Shown here piece after piece: positions 19,431 through 28,675 of a DNA stretch of 64,000 nt. The notes under the pieces were generated by a model that was not told the origin of the DNA, did not search any database, and was given only the letters and a program-made list of their open reading frames with translations. Source of the stretch: an uncultured virus (IMG/VR IMGVR_UViG_3300025098_000027) (taxonomy: Duplodnaviria > Heunggongvirae > Uroviricota > Caudoviricetes); the IMG/VR virus record IMGVR_UViG_3300025098_000027; one strand, written 5' to 3'. Both the position numbers and the translations under genes were made by a program. Position 1 is the stretch's first letter, and the number at the start of each line of letters is the position of its first letter.

Positions 19431-19766
19431 ATGGCAAACGGAATATTAGGATCAGCAGATTTAGCTGCAACAACATATACAGCAATTTACCTTGTACCAG
19501 AAAATACTTTTAGTGTGGCTACGGTAAGTATCTGTAATAAAAACTCAACTAGCATTACAGTTAGACTAGCTGTAGCTAAAACAGACCCAACAGGGGCAAC
19601 ATTACCAGTAGCAGATGACTACTTGGAATACGAAACAGAAATACTACCAAACGGTGTTCTAGAAAGAACTGGTGTAGTAATTGATGCTAGTAGACAGATT
19701 TATGCACGTTCATCGCAAGCTAATACAGCAGTTATGGTTTACGGTATAGAAACAGCGACTACATAA
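19431..19766 (+). CDS. Small beta-rich virion protein, paralogue of 5399..5728
   Basis: 111 aa, GGAG RBS, similar motif pattern to 5399..5728. Confidence 0.6.
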   Translation: MANGILGSADLAATTYTAIYLVPENTFSVATVSICNKNSTSITVRLAVAKTDPTGATLPVADDYLEYETEILPNGVLERTGVVIDASRQIYARSSQANTAVMVYGIETATT

Positions 19767-19776
19767 GGAAAAAACA

Positions 19777-20631
19777 ATGCCAAGAAAAATTACATCAGGA
19801 GTAGTAGGTGGCCCGGTATTAGGAAGTATTAGTTCAAAAACTAATACGTTTGAATCTGTTGAAACAAATGCAAATATTGTTTTTACACCAGATGGTACAG
19901 GAGTCACAGAGTTTACTAAAGACATATTAATTAGTGGAAACAATGGAGTTAGATTACAAGATGGTGATACTGACTATGTTGCACTTAAAGCACCTGCGTC
20001 AATCGGTACTAGTTACACCCTAACATTTCCGGGTGATAACGGAGCATCAAATCAAGCATTAACTACAGATGGTAGTGGTGTTTTAAGTTGGATTTCTCCT
20101 GCACTAGCAGTTACAGATAGAAGTGCAGCAGACGGTTCAACGTACTATGTTGCTATGGCAGATTCTACTAGTGGAACAGAAGATACATTAAGTGTAGCTT
20201 CTGGTAGATTAGAATTTGTTCCAAATCCAGGCAGACTTAGTGCTGCTGAAATAAGATCTACAGCTTCAACAACATCAAGTTCCACATCAACTGGATCCTT
20301 AGTAGTAACCGGAGGAGTTGGTATTGGAGGCCAGCTTACTGCTGTTACTATAGTTGAAACTTCAAGTATTGCTCTTAAAGAAAATATTGAACCTATTACG
20401 AACGGATTAGAAAGTATTTTGCAACTGAAAGGTGTTACATATGATAGACTAGACAATCAAGAACACGAATCAGGACTAATTGCTGAATGGACTGAAAATG
20501 TGTTACCTGATTTAGTTACTAGAGATGACGGAAATAATGTTGTAGGTATTAAATATACTAAATTAACTGCCTATTTAATTGAAGCAGTTAAAACTTTAAA
20601 GGCAGAAATTGACGAACTAAAAGGAAGTTAA
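19777..20631 (+). CDS. Tail fibre with C-terminal intramolecular chaperone (peptidase S74-like)
   Basis: C-terminus TSSIALKENI...LKGVTY...GLIAE...LP.LV...Y.KL.AYLIEAVK.L..EIDELK matches the S74 autocleaving chaperone with its coiled coil. Confidence 0.75.
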   Translation: MPRKITSGVVGGPVLGSISSKTNTFESVETNANIVFTPDGTGVTEFTKDILISGNNGVRLQDGDTDYVALKAPASIGTSYTLTFPGDNGASNQALTTDGSGVLSWISPALAVTDRSAADGSTYYVAMADSTSGTEDTLSVASGRLEFVPNPGRLSAAEIRSTASTTSSSTSTGSLVVTGGVGIGGQLTAVTIVETSSIALKENIEPITNGLESILQLKGVTYDRLDNQEHESGLIAEWTENVLPDLVTRDDGNNVVGIKYTKLTAYLIEAVKTLKAEIDELKGS

Positions 20632-20633
20632 TA

Positions 20634-22442
20634 ATGTCAAATATCAAAAATACTACTATTGACGACAGCGTTTTCCTAACATTACCAGCAGGCACAGCAG
20701 CTCAGCGTCCTAGTAGTCCAACCGATGGTCAAATTCGATACAACAGCGATAATAATGCTCTTGAAACTTATTCTGAGAACAATTCGGTTTGGTCATCAGT
20801 AGAACCAAAAAATGTTGTTGCTACTGGCGGAATTATATATGACACAGAATCTGATGGCGGCACTTATAGAGTTCACGTATTTAATAACACTTTAGGTAGT
20901 GAGACTTTTGCAGTACAATCCCCGGGAGAAATTGAATATCTCATAGTAGGTGGTGGTGGCGGAGGTGGCGACACTTCCGGCGGTGGCGGCGGAGCCGGTG
21001 GCTTAGTTACTGGGTTAATTAACGTTACTACAGGAAATTATACTATACAAGTCGGTGACGGCAGTGTCGGAACAACAGCATATAGTGGAGGAACTTCGGG
21101 CGATGGTGCATTTCCTGGAGACGATAGTACTGCATTTGGATTTACTGCTATGGGCGGCGGTGGCGGCGGAACATATCAAAATCCCGGAACACGGATTAAC
21201 GGAGGCAGCGGCGGCGGCGTTCGTGGAGATGCACAGAATAGAGGTTACAGTACTCGACCCGGAATAGCACAACAAACTGCTACATATGGATATGGCAGCG
21301 GTAATAACGGTGGAGATACAGTTGGCCTTAGTAACGGTGACGCATCCGCAGGTGGCGGTGGAGCTGGCGGGGTAGGACAAACTGCTGTCGCTGCACTCGG
21401 CGGAGATGGCGGCCCGGGCATTTCAGTTTCTACTAACGGAATTCATACATTTTATGCAGGCGGAGGAGGCGGCTCAGGCGGGTACTACAGCGGAAATCAA
21501 CCAAATGATGGTATGGATCAAAACGGCCTAGGAGGCCACGGTGGCGGAGGCCAAGGCGGCAGAAGATCGAGATTTATTGATGATCCGTTTATTACTGACG
21601 GTGGAGACGGCACTGGCAGTGGCGGTGGTGGCACAGGATATGACGGCGGCGGCTGGAGCGCAGCCGATAAAGGTGGCGGCAAAGGTGGTGATGGTATTGT
21701 AATAGTTCGATATCCGCTATTAACAAAACCAGAAACTACTGCGCCCAAAGTTACAAATAGAAATGTAGTATTTGATTTTGATTTTGGAAATCCAACATCT
21801 TATGCAGGTTATAAAGCAAGCACAGTGCTTGACGTTAAGTGTGGAAATGTTGGTACTGTTGTAAATTCACCTCTTTATGTAAATCCAGGTTCGCATAAAG
21901 GACATCTTAGATTTAATGGATCTAATCAACATATTGGTTTAGGAAGAAGTTTTTGTGACAAGCAAGAATTAGGAATAGGTAACGTTAGTTATACTCAAGA
22001 AGCTTGGTTTAGATTACGTGCTACTCCTCCAGGAGATACTACAAGCGGTTATAGTATATTTGGCAATGCAAGTGCAGTAGGTATAGGAATGCAGGCAATT
22101 TTAGTTGGCGGCAATATTAGACTAAACTTTGGTGCAAGAAGTACTAGTAACTTTGAACAGAATACTAATTTAAGTTTAAATACCTGGTATCACGTTGTTT
22201 GTGTAAGAGAAGCAGGAGTTCAAAATAGAATATACATTAATGGACAGCTAGATGGTACAAACAGCGGTAGCAATCTCACTATCCTTAGCGGTGCAGGTGA
22301 AATGCAAATTGGCTGGTCTGACACTCGTGTTTCTAATAGACTTAATGGCGAAATTGCTACTGCTAAATTATATAACACCTGGTTAACAGCTCAAGAAGTA
22401 GAAGATAACTACAACGCAACAAGATGGAGATTTGGACTCTAA
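20634..22442 (+). CDS. Glycine-rich adhesin-like virion protein with C-terminal LamG/ConA-like lectin domain
   Basis: N-terminal LPAGTAAQRP...GQIRYN anchor, poly-Gly motifs, then F.G...SYT.EAW...WYHVVCV...IYINGQL...G.I....LYN..LT..EV..NY. Confidence 0.7.
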   Translation: MSNIKNTTIDDSVFLTLPAGTAAQRPSSPTDGQIRYNSDNNALETYSENNSVWSSVEPKNVVATGGIIYDTESDGGTYRVHVFNNTLGSETFAVQSPGEIEYLIVGGGGGGGDTSGGGGGAGGLVTGLINVTTGNYTIQVGDGSVGTTAYSGGTSGDGAFPGDDSTAFGFTAMGGGGGGTYQNPGTRINGGSGGGVRGDAQNRGYSTRPGIAQQTATYGYGSGNNGGDTVGLSNGDASAGGGGAGGVGQTAVAALGGDGGPGISVSTNGIHTFYAGGGGGSGGYYSGNQPNDGMDQNGLGGHGGGGQGGRRSRFIDDPFITDGGDGTGSGGGGTGYDGGGWSAADKGGGKGGDGIVIVRYPLLTKPETTAPKVTNRNVVFDFDFGNPTSYAGYKASTVLDVKCGNVGTVVNSPLYVNPGSHKGHLRFNGSNQHIGLGRSFCDKQELGIGNVSYTQEAWFRLRATPPGDTTSGYSIFGNASAVGIGMQAILVGGNIRLNFGARSTSNFEQNTNLSLNTWYHVVCVREAGVQNRIYINGQLDGTNSGSNLTILSGAGEMQIGWSDTRVSNRLNGEIATAKLYNTWLTAQEVEDNYNATRWRFGL

Positions 22443-24647
22443 ATGGCACAATTTAAAAACACAACAATTGATTCAACCGGAAGATTAACTCTGCCTAGTG
22501 GAACAACAGCTCAACGACCAAGTATACCAACACAAGGTATGATGCGATATAATACAACGATAAGTGAAGTAGAATACTATGACGGTGGCGCCTGGCGCGA
22601 AGTTTCTAGTACTGGTGCAGAAGCCACCGGCGGCCTTGTTGTTGATTCTAATATCGGCGGAATTTCTTATAGATCTCATATCTTTAGAACAAACGAATTT
22701 GCTTATGTGTCAAGAAGCGATGCTACAGTGTTAGGTGGTACTCGATCTGGTGGCGCAACTGTGCAAGGTGAAGTTGACAGTTTAACAGGATGTTCTCCGC
22801 TGTTGACATTTGAACAAGCACTTGAATTTGTTCACAGTATTGGATGTAGATTACCTACTATAGATGAACTAATAAACGAGGGACCTGCTGTTGGTACAGG
22901 TTGTGGATACGATAACGAACTAATTTGGACAGCTGATAAAGCTAATCCCGAAGCTACACAACATTATGTAATGTATGGCCGCGTAGAAACAAACGGCACT
23001 GCAACAACTGCTAGAGACAACAAATCAACTGCCCGTGTTAGATATGTAGCTGACGTAAACACCAACAGAACAGACCCTATCACGTTAAACGATCCAATTA
23101 TTCAAGGATTCCTCGAAGAATATTATTCCGGTGATATAGACTTAGGAACTAAATCATTTACATTAAATGTAACTAAAGGCGGAGAAGTTGATTATCTCAT
23201 AGTAGGCGGAGGCGGCGGCGGCGGCGGAATTATTGCTGGCGGTGGCGGCGGAGGCGGATTTCTAACAGGAAGCATAGCTGTAACTCCGCAAGCATATACT
23301 ATTACAGTAGGTGAAGGAGGACTAGGTGGATTTGGTTGGAATAGCAACGGCCAAGGCGGATTACCAGGTGCAGACTCTTCAGCATTTGGATTCACCGCTA
23401 TTGGCGGTGGTGGTGGCGGTTACCACGGAGGAGGCGGCTCAAATAGCAGCTGGGTTAACGGCGGCTCAGGAGGCGGCCAAGGAAGAAATCCTTCACCAGG
23501 TAGCAACATTGTCGGCCAAGGTTTCCCAGGCGGAACAGGATCCGGAGACTCCGGCGGTGGTGGTGGTGGCGCAGGAGGACCTGGACAAGATTCAGCAGAC
23601 ACATTCGGTGGCAACGGTGGCCCAGGATTACTATCAAATCTATCTGGAGTAAACACATTTTATGCTGGAGGCGGCGGTGACGGAAAACGCTCTAATATTA
23701 CAAGTGCTGGCATTGGTGGCATTGGTGGCGGCGGCAGCGGAACAAATTACACATTTAGAGCAGAAAACGCAGCCCCTCATACCGGTGGCGGTGGTGGTGG
23801 TGCTGGTTATAATGGCTCAAATAGTACTAGAATGGGCGGCACTGGCGGCTCAGGTATTGTAATAGTTCGATATCGTAAAAATAAAGAAACTACATCGGCA
23901 CCAACAATAATTGTAAACAGTTCTGCACCAGGAATTAAAGCGTTTACAGCACAAAATCCTGCACCTAGTGCAGCGTACATCACGCAGCTAGGATTACCTA
24001 ATGGATGGTACTGGGTTAACTTAACCGGACCACAATTAGTCTATGTAAACACACAATATAAAGGTGGCGGCTGGTATCTAGTTATACAAAATAATCGAGA
24101 CAACGGTAATGGTATAGGGGCTTTGAGTTATTATGATGCTACGGGTCAAAAATTAATGGTAGCTGGCTCTCCTGGCAATGCAGCAGGCGACGATCTAGGA
24201 GAAATTAATGTTTGGGCAGGAATGGAACTTTGGAATGCTATGACAAACGGTGCAGGCGGACAAGTTGCCCAAGTAGTTGGTAATATCCCAATAGATCTAG
24301 ACTCGCCTGCTTATGGAAAAAGAGCAACTTGGAGTTATACTGGATTTGATCCTGATTACTCATTCCAAGGATCGACTCTAATACAAGCAAACGGCGGCGC
24401 TCCTGGAATGCAAAGCTATCACAGCCAAGGCACCCGGGCCTTAACTACTTTTGATAGAGATCAAGATGATAACGGCGGAAATTGTGCTACTTATTACGGA
24501 AATAATCCTTTTTGGTACGGAAGTTGCTGGAGCGGTAATGCTTGGGGCGGCGGCAACAGCGGCGGATATGCAAATGCTTACTTTTGGGAAGGCAGTGGCG
24601 GCGATAATTGGAATTATGGTGCTACATATGTAAGGGCAAGTTTTTAA
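22443..24647 (+). CDS. Glycine-rich adhesin-like virion protein with CLec-like insert and C-terminal fibrinogen-like domain
   Basis: Same anchor and Gly-rich core as its neighbours. Insert TFEQALEF...GCRLPTIDEL. C-terminus GGGWYLV...TTFDRDQDDNGGNCA...PFWYGSCWSGN. Confidence 0.7.
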   Translation: MAQFKNTTIDSTGRLTLPSGTTAQRPSIPTQGMMRYNTTISEVEYYDGGAWREVSSTGAEATGGLVVDSNIGGISYRSHIFRTNEFAYVSRSDATVLGGTRSGGATVQGEVDSLTGCSPLLTFEQALEFVHSIGCRLPTIDELINEGPAVGTGCGYDNELIWTADKANPEATQHYVMYGRVETNGTATTARDNKSTARVRYVADVNTNRTDPITLNDPIIQGFLEEYYSGDIDLGTKSFTLNVTKGGEVDYLIVGGGGGGGGIIAGGGGGGGFLTGSIAVTPQAYTITVGEGGLGGFGWNSNGQGGLPGADSSAFGFTAIGGGGGGYHGGGGSNSSWVNGGSGGGQGRNPSPGSNIVGQGFPGGTGSGDSGGGGGGAGGPGQDSADTFGGNGGPGLLSNLSGVNTFYAGGGGDGKRSNITSAGIGGIGGGGSGTNYTFRAENAAPHTGGGGGGAGYNGSNSTRMGGTGGSGIVIVRYRKNKETTSAPTIIVNSSAPGIKAFTAQNPAPSAAYITQLGLPNGWYWVNLTGPQLVYVNTQYKGGGWYLVIQNNRDNGNGIGALSYYDATGQKLMVAGSPGNAAGDDLGEINVWAGMELWNAMTNGAGGQVAQVVGNIPIDLDSPAYGKRATWSYTGFDPDYSFQGSTLIQANGGAPGMQSYHSQGTRALTTFDRDQDDNGGNCATYYGNNPFWYGSCWSGNAWGGGNSGGYANAYFWEGSGGDNWNYGATYVRASF

Positions 24648-24648
24648 A

Positions 24649-24855
24649 ATGATTTATAATATTAAAAAAATAGACGACCAATTTATTAGTCATCAACTAA
24701 TAAATAAAAAAACCGGAGAAGTTGCAGTACTAGGTACTGAAGATATTTCTACTATAGAAAACTTAAAAGAACATTTACAGGATTGGGTTACTCAACGTAA
24801 ACAAGTTCTTAACATAAAGTTTGTAAAAAACGACTTTGGCTTTAAACTAAAATAG
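24649..24855 (+). CDS. Hypothetical protein
   Basis: 68-aa ORF filling the gap between co-oriented genes. Confidence 0.5.
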   Translation: MIYNIKKIDDQFISHQLINKKTGEVAVLGTEDISTIENLKEHLQDWVTQRKQVLNIKFVKNDFGFKLK

Positions 24856-24864
24856 GATTAGATC

Positions 24865-25962
24865 GTGGCACAATTAAAAGATACAACAATTAATGATAGC
24901 GGATTTTTAAGGTTACCTCTAGGTACCACAGCAGAAAGGCCAACGCTAGTTGGATCTAGTCCAGGAATGGTTAGATTTAATACTACTACGCAAACACCAG
25001 AATGGTACGATGATGCACTTTCTGGATGGTTTCCTTTAGGTTTTATTGCACCTTTGGCAACTGGAGGAACTATAACTAATATAACACAGAATGGTATCAA
25101 TTATAGAGTACACACATTTTTATCGTCAGGAACATTTACTGCTAGTCGTTCTGGAACTGTAGAATTTTTGATTATTGGTGGCGGTGGCGCAGGAGGTGGC
25201 AATCTTTCCGGCGGCGGCGGCGCAGGAGGTGTGCTAATGGGATCTATAGCAGTAGAAGATGGTACTGCATACCCTATTATTGTAGGCGAAGGCGGCGCAA
25301 GGTTTAGTTCAAGTGAAGTTAATAGTCAAGCTGGAGGCCAAAGTAATAAAGGTAGGCCTAGTAGTGCTTTTAATTTAGTAGCAGCTGGCGGCGGAGCTGG
25401 TGGTGGTGGATCAAGTGGAATAGAAGCTACTGCTGGTGCCAGTGGTGGCGGCGGTGGCGGATATCAAGTCCGTGCAGCAGTTATGGGTCTTGAAGGTCAA
25501 GGACACGCTGGCGGAAAAGGAGCGACTAGTGTCCAAAACTATCGTGCAGGTGGCGGTGGCGGAGCCGGCGGCCCTGGAGGAGATTGGGAATCTGGTATGG
25601 GACGCGGCGGCCAAGGCGGCCCAGGAATTGCATCTAGTATTGAAGGATCGATTATACTTTATGCAGGCGGTGGCGGTGGTGGTTCGTATACTAGTAATAC
25701 CGGCGGAGGTCTTGGCGGCATTGGCGGTGGTGGCGGCGGTGGCACAAATTCAGCTTCCGGCGGCCCAGGAGGGGCAGGCCGTACTAATGGCGGAAATGGT
25801 TACGGAAACAACCTCGGTGCTGTTGCAAGTTCTTTACCTACTGGCGGCGACGGTGGAGCGAACACCGGAAGCGGTGGCGGCGGAGTCGGCCACCAAACAG
25901 CATTATCTGGTGCTGGCGGCTCTGGAATTGTAGTTATACGCTATAAAACTAGTTCTGTTTAG
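24865..25962 (+). CDS. Glycine-rich virion protein (anchor plus Gly-rich core only), GTG start
   Basis: AGGA RBS. MAQLKDTTINDSGFLRLPLGTTAERP anchor. Ends at GSGIVVIRY without an extra domain. Confidence 0.7.
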   Translation: MAQLKDTTINDSGFLRLPLGTTAERPTLVGSSPGMVRFNTTTQTPEWYDDALSGWFPLGFIAPLATGGTITNITQNGINYRVHTFLSSGTFTASRSGTVEFLIIGGGGAGGGNLSGGGGAGGVLMGSIAVEDGTAYPIIVGEGGARFSSSEVNSQAGGQSNKGRPSSAFNLVAAGGGAGGGGSSGIEATAGASGGGGGGYQVRAAVMGLEGQGHAGGKGATSVQNYRAGGGGGAGGPGGDWESGMGRGGQGGPGIASSIEGSIILYAGGGGGGSYTSNTGGGLGGIGGGGGGGTNSASGGPGGAGRTNGGNGYGNNLGAVASSLPTGGDGGANTGSGGGGVGHQTALSGAGGSGIVVIRYKTSSV

Positions 25963-26410
25963 TATCTTCAATTATAACAATTGATTCTAAAGGATAGTAG
26001 GGTAATTCTATCTCTTGCTTAGAGTTATATACTGTTTGATATAAGTACATTTTCTTAGACATAGTATCGTTAGCATATCGAAACGATATTGCACGATCAT
26101 CCCAGTACTTTCCGTCTATAGTACGATACACATAAGGATACCTAGAACATCTTGAAACTGCTTGGTTACTTTTGCTCTCAAGGTCAACTTCGGGGAAGTC
26201 GTTCTCAGTAATAGCAGCAATAGGAAGATTATCAACTAAGCGTGGTAGAAAATTTAATAATTTTTTTATAGTGTCGGTGTCGTTCTTGCATAAGTCTGAC
26301 AGATCTTCTAACAAAGTTAATGCATTTTTACTAAAATTAGTTTCATTAAAACCTAATAGTTCTAATTCTTTTTGTGCATAGTTATGTAAGTGTTTTTTAA
26401 AATTAGACAT
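25949..26410 (-). CDS. Hypothetical protein
   Basis: Opposite-strand ORF. Likely ATG at 26410 preceded by GGAG and an upstream TAATTA. Confidence 0.55.
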   Translation of the reverse strand: MSNFKKHLHNYAQKELELLGFNETNFSKNALTLLEDLSDLCKNDTDTIKKLLNFLPRLVDNLPIAAITENDFPEVDLESKSNQAVSRCSRYPYVYRTIDGKYWDDRAISFRYANDTMSKKMYLYQTVYNSKQEIELPYYPLESIVIIEDTKQN

Positions 26411-26500
26411 TTTATATTTCTCCAATCTATTACTAACTTAATTATCAAAAATTTTTGCATATTTTTAAAATCTGAAATCATTTAAACATTAATAATATGC

Positions 26501-26508
26501 TATAAATA
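26501..26508 (+). promoter_or_regulatory. T4-type late promoter TATAAATA
   Basis: Exact TATAAATA upstream of the 26532 mini-gene. Confidence 0.6.
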
Positions 26509-26531
26509 AAATAAGTATAGGAAAGATTTAT

Positions 26532-26708
26532 ATGACTAATAGACCATCGAACGTATTTGTAAGTACAGAACTTAAAGATAAAAGGTACGAAATTTGTAAA
26601 AAATGTGAGCATTTTATAAAGGCTTTTAAAGGATGCAAGAAATGCGGCTGCTTAATACCGGCTAAAATTCAGTTTACAGTGAATACTTGTCCGATTAATA
26701 ATTGGTAA
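26532..26708 (+). CDS. 58-aa cysteine-rich protein, not in the ORF track
   Basis: MTNRPSNVFVSTELKDKRYEICKKCEHFIKAFKGCKKCGCLIPAKIQFTVNTCPINNW, with an AGGA RBS and a late promoter upstream. Confidence 0.7.
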   Translation: MTNRPSNVFVSTELKDKRYEICKKCEHFIKAFKGCKKCGCLIPAKIQFTVNTCPINNW

Positions 26709-26743
26709 AGATAACGCTAAATATATAAGTTAAGGAGATAAAC

Positions 26744-28675
26744 GTGGCATCATCACCAATTGTAGATAGAATCAGAATAATACCAAGACCCAACGATTTT
26801 TTAGATCGTAACGTAGGTTCTAGCGGTGAAGTATTCTTTAACAAAGTAACTAATAGTTTAAGAGTATACAGCGGCAAAGATATTGCAGGATTTGAAATTG
26901 CTAGAGCTGATTTGAACAATGTTACTGGTGAAAATTTACTTTCTAAATTAACAATTACAAATGACGATATAAGCTGGATAGCATATGCTGACCTTGAGAG
27001 TTTACCTAGTGCTACAGACAATCACGGAATGTTTGCACACGTACACGGTACAGGTAAAGCATACTATGCACACGCAGGAAATTGGGTACAACTTGCTGAT
27101 CAATCTGATATTAATACTACAGCAGACATATCGGAGTTAACAGATACAACAAATTTAATACCTGCAGACTTATCTAATTTAACAGATACAACAAATTTAA
27201 TACCTGCTACGCTAACTGACCTAGGAATTACCGATGGTGATTCGACACAAATTTTAACTACAGACGGTGCTGGAAACTTTACATTTGAAGATGCGCCTGA
27301 AACAGGTTCGACACAGAACTTATTTGCTACAATTACAAGTGATGACGGATCAACAACAGCTGATGCTGTAACAGATACATTAAGTATATTAGGCGGTACA
27401 AACATAGCAACTGCTATTGCTACAGACTCAGACGATGTAACAATTAATATGAGTACATTTAGTATTGACTTTTTAAGCGATGTTGACACTACAACAAGTG
27501 CGCCAACTTCTGGACAAGTATTAAAGTGGGACGGTGCTAAATGGGCACCAGGTTCTGATGCTACGACTGGAGGCGGTGGAACAGATGCTGATACACTTGA
27601 CGGATTCGACGGAACATATTATTTAGACTGGGGCAACGTTACTAACAAACCTAGTATACTTACACTGGCAAGTTTAAGTGTTGGTAACGAACTTACAGCC
27701 TCGGGCGATGGCGCTATATCATACGATGATACTACAGGAGTGTTCCGTTATACTCCACCTGACTTGAGTTCATATCTAACTAGTATAACATTTGATGATT
27801 TAACAACTACTCCGACCACGTTAGCAGGTTACGGAATCAATGATGCATTACCGTCTAGCACTTCTATACCAACAGTGTTAACTGATCTAAGTATTAGTGA
27901 CGGAACAAACGGACAAGTTTTAACAACAGACGGTAGTGGCGGATTCACATTCACAACAATAAGTGGCGGAAGCGGTGGTGACTATAGTGACTCAGATGTT
28001 AATGCACATCTTAATACAACTAGTGCAGCATCAAGTGAAGTATTAAGCTGGACAGGAAGTGATTTTGACTGGGTAGCACAATCAGGCGAAACAAATCAAA
28101 ACGCATTTAGTAATGTTTCAGTTAGTGGACAAACTAATGTTACTGCTGATAATTCTACTGATACGTTAACTTTTGCAGCCAGCACAGGAATTAGTTTATC
28201 TACTTCTGGAAATACTGTAACTATTGCAAGTACAGTTAGTGCAGGTGCTAGTAATTTTGACGACCTAGGAGATGTTACAACAGCCGGTTTAAGAATAGAT
28301 CAAATTTACGAACCTGCCATAGCAATGCTTAGAGTAGATAATGTTGGAACAGGGTCTTACACATTTCCTAGTCATTATACAGGAAATAATCCTACTATCT
28401 ACGCTATAAGCGGAACTACTATAGCATTTGATTTAGATAATATTTCAGGACATCCATTTGAAATACAAGATAATACTCTTACAGCATTAACTAGTAATTT
28501 GGTACACGTTACATCAACTGGAACTGTAAGTACAAATAGCGCAGCGCAAGGAAAGTCTAGTGGAACATTATATTGGAGAATACCAGAAGGCTCACCTGGT
28601 ACATACGTATATCAATGTACTAGTCACGCAAGTATGTTTGGATCTATTACAGTTAAAGATCTTTCGAATATTTAA
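26744..28675 (+). CDS. Fibre-like virion protein with C-terminal cupredoxin (blue-copper) domain, GTG start
   Basis: TAAATA at 26718 and AAGGAG RBS. Fibre motifs (GQVLTTDGSG.FTF, L.DL.DV). C-terminus GHPF...GTYVYQCTSHASMFGSITV. Confidence 0.7.
   Translation: MASSPIVDRIRIIPRPNDFLDRNVGSSGEVFFNKVTNSLRVYSGKDIAGFEIARADLNNVTGENLLSKLTITNDDISWIAYADLESLPSATDNHGMFAHVHGTGKAYYAHAGNWVQLADQSDINTTADISELTDTTNLIPADLSNLTDTTNLIPATLTDLGITDGDSTQILTTDGAGNFTFEDAPETGSTQNLFATITSDDGSTTADAVTDTLSILGGTNIATAIATDSDDVTINMSTFSIDFLSDVDTTTSAPTSGQVLKWDGAKWAPGSDATTGGGGTDADTLDGFDGTYYLDWGNVTNKPSILTLASLSVGNELTASGDGAISYDDTTGVFRYTPPDLSSYLTSITFDDLTTTPTTLAGYGINDALPSSTSIPTVLTDLSISDGTNGQVLTTDGSGGFTFTTISGGSGGDYSDSDVNAHLNTTSAASSEVLSWTGSDFDWVAQSGETNQNAFSNVSVSGQTNVTADNSTDTLTFAASTGISLSTSGNTVTIASTVSAGASNFDDLGDVTTAGLRIDQIYEPAIAMLRVDNVGTGSYTFPSHYTGNNPTIYAISGTTIAFDLDNISGHPFEIQDNTLTALTSNLVHVTSTGTVSTNSAAQGKSSGTLYWRIPEGSPGTYVYQCTSHASMFGSITVKDLSNI
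27137..27207 (+). repeat. 29-bp direct repeat with 42-bp period (27137-27165, 27179-27207)
   Basis: TTAACAGATACAACAAATTTAATACCTGC occurs twice and encodes LTDTTNLIPA. Confidence 0.85.

Noticed and set aside
22690..24647. CLec-like domain as a diversity-generating retroelement target
   Set aside because: No reverse transcriptase and no template/variable repeat pair differing at adenines was seen in the window.
579..25933. Many antisense or off-frame ORFs (60-231 aa) over the fibre and Gly-rich genes
   Set aside because: They are shadows of biased codon usage in long repetitive genes, with no RBS, promoter or recognisable motifs.
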